Position numbers and translations under genes: made by a program
The notes under the pieces: model-generated
What the model was told of the DNA's origin: nothing
Databases searched by the model: none
Seen by the model: only the letters and a program-made list of their open reading frames with translations
Shown here: positions 1-7,686 of the stretch, in pieces
How the letters are laid out: each line of letters begins with the position of its first letter
Position numbering within the stretch: position 1 is the stretch's first letter
From: a virus
Direction: 5' to 3' (one strand)
DNA: 64,000 nucleotides
Virus record (IMG/VR): IMGVR_UViG_3300048074_000027
Span: 676 to 64,675 of that record

Positions 1-183
1 CTCGAATAATTCTTTTATTTCGTCGGCTGTCTTTTTAACGTCGTATGACCAGCATCTAATGCCGCCTAAGATTCGATTGATCCGCGCTGTGTCATCACGC
101 TCTTTCCGCGTTCTGTAATACGACGGCTCGCCCCAATCTTCGCTTTCGTTCGATCTTACTCGTAAGCAATAAACTGTTTTCAT
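1..183 (-). CDS. Small hypothetical early protein, truncated by window edge
   Basis: ATG at 183, frame open to position 1, same strand as neighbouring genes. Confidence 0.45.
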   Translation of the reverse strand, partial: MKTVYCLRVRSNESEDWGEPSYYRTRKERDDTARINRILGGIRCWSYDVKKTADEIKELFE

Positions 184-186
184 AAA

Positions 187-468
187 TCACCTCCACTGCG
201 CCGGATTGCCGCTGCCGGGCGCGCCGCTTTCTTCGGCTTGCCGTTCCAGCATTTTTATCGCCGCTGTAGCAACCGGAAACAATAAATCGCCGCCACTCGG
301 ATATTTGATACCCATTCCGGTCAGTACCCGCTCTGCCCTGAGAATCGTTGCGCCAAGCTCCGCCAACACGGACTCGCTGTCCCTGCGATTGTAGACAGCT
401 TCAAGTACCCATTCGATGCCATATTCGGATATGGCCTCTTGAAGCCACTGCTCGTAGTTTTCCATCAT
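187..468 (-). CDS. Hypothetical protein (~93 aa)
   Basis: ORF 187..552; start moved to ATG 468 after GAGG-type RBS. Confidence 0.6.
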   Translation of the reverse strand: MMENYEQWLQEAISEYGIEWVLEAVYNRRDSESVLAELGATILRAERVLTGMGIKYPSGGDLLFPVATAAIKMLERQAEESGAPGSGNPAQWR

Positions 469-538
469 CGCACCTCCTCGGTCTGCTCGCTCACGCGTAC
501 GGTCAGCCGCTTGCCGCCGTTGCGATTGTTCCCCACTT

Positions 539-1099
539 CTATTCGCTTTCACGAACTGCCCGCCGAAGCCAAGCCAGCGCGCAATTGCGCTGATATTGAA
601 TCGTGCGCCCGTTCGTCAATCCCGCCACTTCATCCGTCTTGATGATCCGGTCTGCCTGTTCATATAGACCAAGCTCGGTTTGCATCCGCCCGTGTGTTGC
701 CGTGGGCAGTTTGCCGCTGGCAAGCAATCGGCGAGCGGTTTCAATCGCCTCGGCGTCAGAGCTGCCGACAGAAATTGCAGCCGCTGTTTGTGACCCGCCG
801 CGAATAACCAGCGTACCGCCTGCCGCCGTCGCTTCCGTCGCGTAATGGTCGCCTGTGAAGCGCGGCGTATCGGCTGCGTTGCCGTCGCCGAATTCGCGTA
901 CCAACACGCTGAGCGCCTTCTGTGCGGCGGGAATCGCGCTTTTGACGCATCCGGCCATCACCGGCTCGCTGCGGTCATTCGCTTCGGCGAAGTTGCGAAC
1001 CATTCGGGAAAGGAAAGCCAAGCCTTCAGCAAGTTGGTTTAATCTGCGCTGTTCTTCGCGGGATTTGGTTGCGGGTAAATTGGGTGCGTTCATATTCAT
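539..1099 (-). CDS. Hypothetical protein
   Basis: ORF 539..1177; start at ATG 1099 after GGAGA. Confidence 0.6.
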   Translation of the reverse strand: MNMNAPNLPATKSREEQRRLNQLAEGLAFLSRMVRNFAEANDRSEPVMAGCVKSAIPAAQKALSVLVREFGDGNAADTPRFTGDHYATEATAAGGTLVIRGGSQTAAAISVGSSDAEAIETARRLLASGKLPTATHGRMQTELGLYEQADRIIKTDEVAGLTNGRTIQYQRNCALAWLRRAVRESE

Positions 1100-1149
1100 T
1101 GTTTCTCCAGTCAAACGGCGTAGCTGTTGGAAGACGGGCGCATAGGTGA

Positions 1150-1404
1150 TTAGCGCATCCATATAGAGCAGAGGCAATCTGGCGCATTATCGCAACCGCA
1201 GCCGCGACGAGTGCTTCGTGTTGCTTTTACTGGCGCAGGCCGATTGGCTGCGGCTATGACCTCTTCTGCGTTGCTATAGCGATTACGAGCTATGGCGGTC
1301 TGGGCAAATTCTTCAAAGCTCAGCCCAGCTTTGCGCGATTCCATAAGCGACGGTGGTTTTCCTTGTGCGATTATTGATTTGGCTTCTTCGATGGTCATTG
1401 TCAT
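1150..1404 (-). CDS. Hypothetical protein with Cys-rich C-terminus
   Basis: GGAG RBS; CGC-x4-DCLC tail. Confidence 0.6.
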   Translation of the reverse strand: MTMTIEEAKSIIAQGKPPSLMESRKAGLSFEEFAQTAIARNRYSNAEEVIAAANRPAPVKATRSTRRGCGCDNAPDCLCSIWMR

Positions 1405-1450
1405 TTTCTCCGGTTTCCGTCAGCGGCGTGATTGCTGCTGAACTGACGGC

Positions 1451-1479
1451 ATACTATCCGCAAACTCAGTTCGCGTCAA
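1451..1479 (-). promoter_or_regulatory. Sigma70-type promoter TTGACG-17-TAGTAT with AACTGAGTT in spacer
   Basis: Consensus hexamers, 17 bp spacer, near-identical to the promoter at 2251-2279. Confidence 0.75.
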
Positions 1480-2244
1480 GGACTATTTCACTCTCCGCTG
1501 ATTTATTTTCAACGAAGCATTTATGACGCGGATATTTCTTGTGCGAGCGCGGCGTGTCAGGGTATTGACCACACGCGCAATACGGCTTCCAGCGCGGGCG
1601 TCCCGTGCCTCTGCGGTCAAGTTTCTCTTTCATTTTGGCAAGCTCTTTTTCAAGCTCTGCTTTGGTTGGCATCTATTTTTCTCCCTTGCTTGGTAGCGCG
1701 GCGGCAACAGCTTCCAGCACTTCAAGCGGCTGCGAACGCCAGTCAATTTCGCGCAATTTGTAAATTAGACGGGATCGGCGTTTTCTCGCGTTCACTTCCG
1801 CAATCCGCTCCGGTGTCGCCTCTTCAAGCCAGTCTCTGCGCAACGCGCTCCCGCTGCCGATTTCCCGGCCCGTACTCAGCCTGAATTTAGTGCGGCCTAC
1901 TGTTAGCTGCGTGACGGTCTTGCGAGTGACTTTTTCAATAGATCGAATTGAGCCAATACCGCTACCCGATACGATCACGTCATCACCAACCTGAAGTTTC
2001 CCTAGCCAATCTACGTTCATTGTTTTGCCTCCGTTTCTGGTTTCCAGCCAAGCGCCCGCGCCACAAGCTCGGCGGCAAGATTGGCCGCTTCTGCATTGTC
2101 CCTGCCTGTCGCGGAGCGCTTGACGTGGTTATTGCCGCTAGTTACGGCCAGTTCGCATACCTTGCCGTCGCCAAGCGGGTTAGGGTAAAAATGGGAATGG
2201 TTAAATCTTACGCCGTTGTTTTGTAGCCAGTCTCTTGCTTTCAT
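1466..2244 (-). CDS. Three small hypothetical early genes (1466..1672, 1673..2020, 2017..2244)
   Basis: Abutting or overlapping ORFs downstream of the 2251-2279 promoter. Confidence 0.6.
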
Positions 2245-2250
2245 TCGCTC

Positions 2251-2279
2251 ACAATAGCCGCAAACTGAGTTAGCGTCAA
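2251..2279 (-). promoter_or_regulatory. Sigma70-type promoter TTGACG-17-TATTGT, ATG 6 nt downstream (likely leaderless)
   Basis: Consensus hexamers; AACTCAGTT in spacer. Confidence 0.75.
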
Positions 2280-2380
2280 GATAAATCGCAAAAGAAAACA
2301 GCCCTCGCGCTTTCGCAAAGGCCGCTGTAGGATCGCCGTGGATCAGGCACGCGCCTGAAATTCACAAGCTTGAGTTTGCA

Positions 2381-2417
2381 AGGCTGCGCTCGCAATGGGC
2401 GCGGCCTTATTTTTTAT
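2381..2417 (+). terminator. Intrinsic terminator-like hairpin with T-tract, antisense to surrounding genes
   Basis: AGGCTGCGCTC-GCAAT-GGGCGCGGCCT then TATTTTTTAT. Confidence 0.5.
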
Positions 2418-2420
2418 GTT

Positions 2421-3472
2421 CTAGTAACCGGGGAAATCAGGCAGCGCCTCATATTCTTCGTCGGTCATCTCAACCGCTTCAAATCTGAGCGTAACAGGCT
2501 CAGATAAATCGTCAAGCTCGCCGTCAATTGATTGATTTATTTCGCTGGCTTTTTGAACGAAAGAGCCATTAGCTTCAATGTTTGTGATCCTAATATACTT
2601 GGAACTGATCATAATTCTCCTTTATCTGGTTTTGCGATTGCGTTTTCCATCTGTACCCGACGCGCTTCTGCTTCCCGCTGGCCCGGTTCCACAATCCGCG
2701 CATCGTCAAACGCACGATTGGCGCGCACAGAGGCAGCGGCTACGCGCTGGCGATAAGCTTTGCGGCGAGCAACGCGAGCGGTAGTCATTGTGGTTCACTT
2801 TCTTTAAGCTCTTCAATGAAGCGATCCTCCCATTTCTGAGCGATTGCGAGCGATTCTTCGGCTGTTGATTTCATCGCCTCAAACTCTGGCCTAGCCAGTA
2901 CGACATAGCCAAAAGCTGAGCCAACAACAAATATCAGGATGCCGTTGATACTCGATTCGTGCCAAGCAAACACTAGCCCGGCAATACCAAATGCCAGTTC
3001 AAATAATAACCGAGGGTTGATTTTCATTGCGGTTCTCCGTTGGCAGCGGCTAGGCTGCGGGTTTGCAGTAACTTACGCGCCCGACTGAGTGCTCAGCTTT
3101 TTAGCGCTTCATTCACCTTCTGAGCACTCAGTTTAGCGTCTTCACTGACTATGCCCTCGCCAGTCAGGATAAAATTTGTGAGCCATGCTTGTCGGCGCTC
3201 GGTTTCGCCCGGCTGTGGCTTGTATTTGCCCGTTGCAGCCTGGGAAATCATAGAGAGATGAGCAAGTGCGATAGATTGATGGTCGGTCATTTCTTTGATC
3301 CTTTCTTGGCGGGCTTTTTAGATGTTTCACGAATCTCCGCTTGTAACTTGTAGAGAATCAACAAGACTCCCTCCATTGTAGATTCAACAAACTCATACTT
3401 TTCACTGCCCTCAAATTCAATCATCATTTTGTACCCGTTGGTCACTAATTGGATTGTGCATTTGTTTATCAT
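2421..3472 (-). CDS. Small hypothetical genes (2421..2612, 2785..3027 two-TM, 3093..3290, 3287..3472)
   Basis: ORF track, RBS-like motifs, overlapping start/stop codons. Confidence 0.55.
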
Positions 3473-3755
3473 TTTGCTTTCTTTTCCTTTCGCAGTAGGT
3501 CTTGGTTGTTCAGGCTTTCCCAGTTGAAATAACCGGCAAAGCCGTAAACTGAGTTATCAGCCGACGTGCGATCCGGCTTCCGACTGAGTACCCAAAGGTA
3601 GCTCACACCATACTCGGTTTCGGCAATGGAATAGCCAGTCAGTCGCTTGATTAGCCAGCCTTTTTTGATGCGGCTTCGTTTGTGCGTGCTCTTGTTGAAA
3701 CCAATAGGCTTAGCTTGACTCTGAGTGCTCAGAACTAGCCCAACTGAGTGCTCAG
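3085..3755. repeat. Cluster of 12-bp palindromes CTGAG-N2-(C/A)TCAG at 3085, 3120, 3549, 3721, 3744
   Basis: Four exact copies of CTGAGTGCTCAG (either orientation) plus CTGAGTTATCAG; another CTGAGTTATCAG at 62755. Confidence 0.85.
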
Positions 3756-4179
3756 CTTGCGCTACCTCGCCCGCGCCCAATCCGCCGCCGCCATCATCCA
3801 GCCGCGCACCGTCTCCGTCCGCTCCTGACTGCCCATAATCCACAGGCAGAGAAGCAGAATGCCGATTAGGATGATCTCGATTATCCAGGCTGTCGGTTTG
3901 AGTTTCATCTATTTCAGAATACTCCATATCAGGTATCCCAGTGTCCCTGTTAGTAATACGTAGATGAGAGCAATGCTGTTGCGCTCCCACTTTGGCATTG
4001 GTGCGATTAATGGTCGTCTCATTGATATCCTCCGTGCAATCCGGTTTGATTGCGGACTGTTCGGTTATGGGAATTATCGCCTGTTGTGGATTTTGCCCAT
4101 CTCCAGTGACATTGTTTGCTCCCCGCGCCTCGCCTGCTGGAAGCGCCTCACCTGTCGGCGCTGCGTGTGAGGCGGTTAA
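3469..4179 (-). CDS. -1 frame extension of the 4176..5030 gene (includes ORF 3469..3990)
   Basis: Frame is open from 4263 to 3469 with no start codon until GTG 3990; slippery A AAT TTT at 4185-4179. Confidence 0.6.
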   Translation of the reverse strand, partial: LTASHAAPTGEALPAGEARGANNVTGDGQNPQQAIIPITEQSAIKPDCTEDINETTINRTNAKVGAQQHCSHLRITNRDTGIPDMEYSEIDETQTDSLDNRDHPNRHSASLPVDYGQSGADGDGARLDDGGGGLGAGEVAQAEHSVGLVLSTQSQAKPIGFNKSTHKRSRIKKGWLIKRLTGYSIAETEYGVSYLWVLSRKPDRTSADNSVYGFAGYFNWESLNNQDLLRKEKKAK

Positions 4180-5030
4180 AAATTTAATGGTGGCTGGAAT
4201 TTCCCGCCGCCGCTGATTGTCGTGGTTTTCCCTGTGACCGGCGTTGGTGACATTTGCGCCCCATCACCGAAACCAAACGGGCGGTTATTTGCGACAGGTG
4301 GGCCGTCCGGCTGACCATCGCCGTCAACATCCCATTGCCAGACCATCATCAAGATCATTCCGCCCAAAACCGCAATAACAATTTCCAGCGCGGATGCCCA
4401 AAATAGCCAGCCAAACCACGAAGCGCGCACTTCTTCCGGCGACTTGATGGTTTCCGGCGCTTCTTTCGGCGGCACAGTCACAACAGAAGAAAACGACGGC
4501 AGAGAAGGCGTTGTAGCCGTCGCTGGATTGCCGCCTTGCGGCACGAATCGGCGCTGGCTTGGCGGAAGCTGAATCAAAAGCCGCCGCTGTTCTTTCATTG
4601 CGTCCGTTTCGAGCTTCATTCGCTCAGCATCGGCCTGCCTTAACGCCAATTGCCGCTGGACATCTCTGTCCATATTTTCCTGACCAGCTTTGCTCTTTTG
4701 CTCTTGAACAATGCGCGCCTCTTTCCCTGCGGACACTTCGCGGGCAATCTGAAAATGGAATAAAGCCACAACGCAAGTCAGCGCAGCAACCGCGAAATCG
4801 TGCCAAAGGGCATACTTTCGCGTGTTTGGCGCAGCGTTGCCGGAAAAGTACGTGGAAATGCCGGAAATGCCAATCACGACAACCACGAACACCGTAGCAA
4901 TCCACAAGGCATCGGGGAAGACTTCACGGTTTGACCACGCAATGGCGATTTGTGGCAACACGATGGCAAAGCCAAACATTGCGATTTTTGGCCAGTAGAT
5001 ACGCTTTATAAGCAATTGATCTTTCGTCAC
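4176..5030 (-). CDS. Membrane protein: 3 TM, coiled coil, Pro/Thr linker, TM, DxDxDG loop
   Basis: Hydrophobic segments and heptad-rich region in the translation. Confidence 0.75.
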   Translation of the reverse strand: MTKDQLLIKRIYWPKIAMFGFAIVLPQIAIAWSNREVFPDALWIATVFVVVVIGISGISTYFSGNAAPNTRKYALWHDFAVAALTCVVALFHFQIAREVSAGKEARIVQEQKSKAGQENMDRDVQRQLALRQADAERMKLETDAMKEQRRLLIQLPPSQRRFVPQGGNPATATTPSLPSFSSVVTVPPKEAPETIKSPEEVRASWFGWLFWASALEIVIAVLGGMILMMVWQWDVDGDGQPDGPPVANNRPFGFGDGAQMSPTPVTGKTTTISGGGKFQPPLNF

Positions 5031-5063
5031 TTGAAGATTTCCTTTGCGCCCATCGGCGCGGTT

Positions 5064-5255
5064 TTATTTCGCCTGCCATTTGTAGGTTTGATCTTTGCAC
5101 TTCATTTGCTGAAGATTGCTTTTGGTCTGTCCGGTTGGCTGGCAGTACGGTTCCGGCCCGTAATAAGAGCGAAAACCGTAGGCCACAAGCGCCGCCGCAA
5201 TGACGACAAGGCATCCCCAACCGATAACGTCAAGGCTTGTAGATGCTCTACTCAT
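5064..5255 (-). CDS. Small single-TM membrane protein
   Basis: Hydrophobic N-terminus, GAGG RBS. Confidence 0.55.
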   Translation of the reverse strand: MSRASTSLDVIGWGCLVVIAAALVAYGFRSYYGPEPYCQPTGQTKSNLQQMKCKDQTYKWQAK

Positions 5256-5291
5256 TGAATTTGCCTCTGTGAGAAAGGCGATGGCGCGAGA

Positions 5292-5320
5292 TTGACGCGG
5301 CAGGGCAATGCGGCTAGCAT
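5292..5320 (+). promoter_or_regulatory. Sigma70-type promoter TTGACG-17-TAGCAT
   Basis: Same TTGACG...TGCGGC-TA pattern as the promoters at 1451 and 2251. Confidence 0.65.
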
Positions 5321-5326
5321 CCGGCG

Positions 5327-5403
5327 TCAGCCTGCGCGACCATCGCAGGTTGATGTTGCCGCCGATTGCTTTGGAAGTCTCGCAGTCGGCGGCGTTTTAT
5401 TTT
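5327..5403 (+). ncRNA. Candidate ~75 nt two-hairpin small RNA
   Basis: Promoter upstream; 10-bp stem TCAGCCTGCG/CGCAGGTTGA; 12-bp stem GCCGCCGATTGC/GCAGTCGGCGGC then T-tract; no ORF. Confidence 0.55.
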
Positions 5404-5413
5404 CAAAATCTAG

Positions 5414-5443
5414 TTGACCTCGAAACATTTACCAATATACAAT
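5414..5443 (+). promoter_or_regulatory. Sigma70-type promoter TTGACC-18-TACAAT, ATG 8 nt downstream
   Basis: Consensus hexamers, no SD before ATG 5452. Confidence 0.6.
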
Positions 5444-5451
5444 AACTGCCG

Positions 5452-5706
5452 ATGACAACACAAGTAGAAACCGCAATGACGTTGGCAGAAGTTGCTGCGC
5501 TCTTGCGGGGAACGATTGACGAATGGGCAACCAATCGCCCGAAACCGCTCAAGCCATCCGTCAAACGGTGGGCAAGGGCGCACAAGCAGGATTTCCCGCA
5601 CATTTACAACGTGCTAAACCAAAAGGCGAAGCCGGGGAAGAAGCTGCGAAAGTTGCTGGACATTGAACCGGAAACATATTGGAGAAAAGCGCGAAATGAA
5701 AAATGA
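5452..5706 (+). CDS. Small basic protein, possible Cro-like regulator
   Basis: 84 aa, basic, first gene after the divergent promoter; HTH not certain. Confidence 0.5.
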   Translation: MTTQVETAMTLAEVAALLRGTIDEWATNRPKPLKPSVKRWARAHKQDFPHIYNVLNQKAKPGKKLRKLLDIEPETYWRKARNEK

Positions 5707-5842
5707 CACCCTAACAAAAATCACCCGCACGATCCGCGCCCGTGACGGCAGAGGACGACGATATAGGCACGGGACTTGACGAGTACGTGTATCAGATACG
5801 CGGTGGTCAAGTGACGCCGGGCAGCTTGGCGCGTGAGGAATA

Positions 5843-6049
5843 ATGATGATTCACATTGAGCAAAAAGATAGCACTGAAGCCGGTAGATGTCAGGGATGCG
5901 CCTCAAGTCTTCCGAACCGCTCGGTGCTAAACTACCCGGTCTACGTGCTTACTGTGAGCCGAAACCCGATTATGATGAATGAGCTTAGATTCTGCTTGCG
6001 ATGCCTTGAAGATTTGCGTGAAGAGGTCGCAAAGATTATTCCGTTTTGA
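5843..6049 (+). CDS. Small zinc-ribbon-like protein
   Basis: CQGC and CLRC pairs; GAGG RBS. Confidence 0.6.
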   Translation: MMIHIEQKDSTEAGRCQGCASSLPNRSVLNYPVYVLTVSRNPIMMNELRFCLRCLEDLREEVAKIIPF

Positions 6050-6247
6050 ATTTAACGCATTGAGACGACGTTTTTGACGAGAGTTTTCATGTCTCAATTC
6101 CCACAAGGGCGTTAATCAAGGATAAATCCATCGTGACAGCCGGAGATAGCGGCACAGACTTTTTCGATCTTTCACACTTTGCGGCGCGTTGACGCGAGCC
6201 TTTCGGTGAACTTGGTTTGTGTCAGTGAGGCGCGTCGCAAACAGGTT

Positions 6248-6415
6248 TCGGAGTCCCGCCCGCAAGGATCGGAGTCCCGCCCGCAAGGAAGTGACTCGCT
6301 CTTAACCCCGATGGGGTATCGCTCGTTTCTACAGATTCCGCCTGCCCCTTCGGGTGTGCTTGAATGGGCGGGTGGCGAAAATAAATTGCACGCGAGTGCT
6401 CTTTTGTCTGTTAAT
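6248..6415 (+). repeat. Element A, copy 1 (21-bp tandem duplication at 6248-6289; ends in TTGCAC-18-GTTAAT promoter)
   Basis: Aligns by eye to 38374-38518 (minus) and 60908-60969 (plus). Confidence 0.85.
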
Positions 6416-6421
6416 TGAGAC

Positions 6422-6736
6422 ATGGAAAAAATCGCTCTTAAAACAAGTCGCATAGCAACTCCGATCTGGCGCTGTAGGTGCTGTGGCGCTGAAAACGATC
6501 AACGCGGTTGCGTTAAAGGCCCGCCGAATTGTTTCTGCGAAAAAGACAAAAGCCTACTAATGGAGCCTCTGCGCTGTACGTGGTGTGATAAGTGCTCAAC
6601 GCACTGCCGCTGCCATGACAGCCTTTGTAAGTGCAGGTTTCTTGAAGTGCGGTTCACGGCAAATGTGCCGCAAGGCCACGCGCCAAACTGTCAAAGCCGG
6701 AAACTGTTTCGGGAGCGCCTTCGCCATCCGGCGTAG
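6422..6736 (+). CDS. Cys-rich protein (14 Cys in 104 aa), cargo of A1-B1
   Basis: ATG 6 nt after GTTAAT; stop codon lies within element B1. Confidence 0.65.
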   Translation: MEKIALKTSRIATPIWRCRCCGAENDQRGCVKGPPNCFCEKDKSLLMEPLRCTWCDKCSTHCRCHDSLCKCRFLEVRFTANVPQGHAPNCQSRKLFRERLRHPA

Positions 6737-6875
6737 CCGAGAGCGGGGCGGCGGGCGGGCGGAAGAAACCGGAATGCCCTCGCGCACTCCATTCCGTCGG
6801 CTCGCTCAATCGCTCACACGACTGCACTGCCGTGCTAGGGGGTCGTCTCTTACCCCTACAGGGTGGCGTTCCTTC
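6722..6875 (+). repeat. Element B, copy 1
   Basis: First 19 nt identical to B2 (37778 downward); aligns to 62106-62240. Confidence 0.85.
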
Positions 6876-7098
6876 GATGAACCGCGTTTTGCGACGGATG
6901 ACGCGCCACGAAATAAAACCAGAATAGGGAGCGTAGGCGGATCGTTCAAACTTCTCCGCGCCGCGCTTCCCTAAATCCTTACAGCGCATTAAATAGCCAC
7001 ACATCTGGCAACTTACCTTGCCGCGCTTCCTCTAATTGGGCGATAATCCGCCTACCTATGGTGCATCTTATCAACCCTCTCCCCCTGAGAGGCTAACA

Positions 7099-7431
7099 AT
7101 GGCGATTGCCGACAATGGGGCAAAGGTGGACAAAACGGGCCTTGCGATTGAAATTCTATACGTAACGGTTTCGGCGCTTGGCGGCTTGGCAAAATATCTA
7201 AACGGTTACTTGCGCGGAAAGCGCTTTGATCTCTGGAAACTTCTAGCTTCGATGCTGGTCAGCGCCTTTAGCGGCGTGACGTGCGCGCATTTGGCATTGC
7301 TCATTAAGCCCGGCTGGGAAATAATTGCCGCCTCTGTTGGTGGATTTATGGGCGGCGAGGCAATGACCTTTCTCGCAACGTGGCTTGGCAAGAAACTCGG
7401 CATCGAAGATGACGACTCGAAAGCTCCATAG
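7099..7431 (+). CDS. Phage holin, LydA-like
   Basis: Three TM segments, SAFSG...ASVGGFMG motif, charged C-terminus. Confidence 0.75.
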   Translation: MAIADNGAKVDKTGLAIEILYVTVSALGGLAKYLNGYLRGKRFDLWKLLASMLVSAFSGVTCAHLALLIKPGWEIIAASVGGFMGGEAMTFLATWLGKKLGIEDDDSKAP

Positions 7432-7678
7432 AATTATTTTTCTCCGCATCGCGCTTGGCGCGTGCTCTTTGATCGTCTCGCTTGGCTCGCTAATTGGATA
7501 CGCAATTGATTACAGGCCGCTGTATGCGCCGATTGACCGCATTCTGGGCAATATGATCCCGATTTCGTCAATGGCTCCTACTACAGCGCTGGCGATTATG
7601 ATGCTGAGCATTGCAACGATTCTAGGCGGGATTGATCGTGTCGAAAGCGTTGCGCGGAACGGAACGCAGAAGGAATAG
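7409..7678 (+). CDS. Two-TM membrane protein overlapping the holin
   Basis: Hydrophobic segments; position in the lysis block. Confidence 0.55.
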   Translation: MTTRKLHRIIFLRIALGACSLIVSLGSLIGYAIDYRPLYAPIDRILGNMIPISSMAPTTALAIMMLSIATILGGIDRVESVARNGTQKE

Positions 7679-7686
7679 GTTTTACA

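Noticed and set aside
6130-6155. GTGACAGCCGGAGATAGCGGCAC hairpin resembling a motif recalled from other phages
   Set aside because: Single copy; I cannot name a family without a search.
6248-6875. Elements A and B as a split group I or II intron
   Set aside because: No P7 (GACUA/UAGUC) or domain V motifs, no interrupted host gene, and cassette 3 cargo is inverted.
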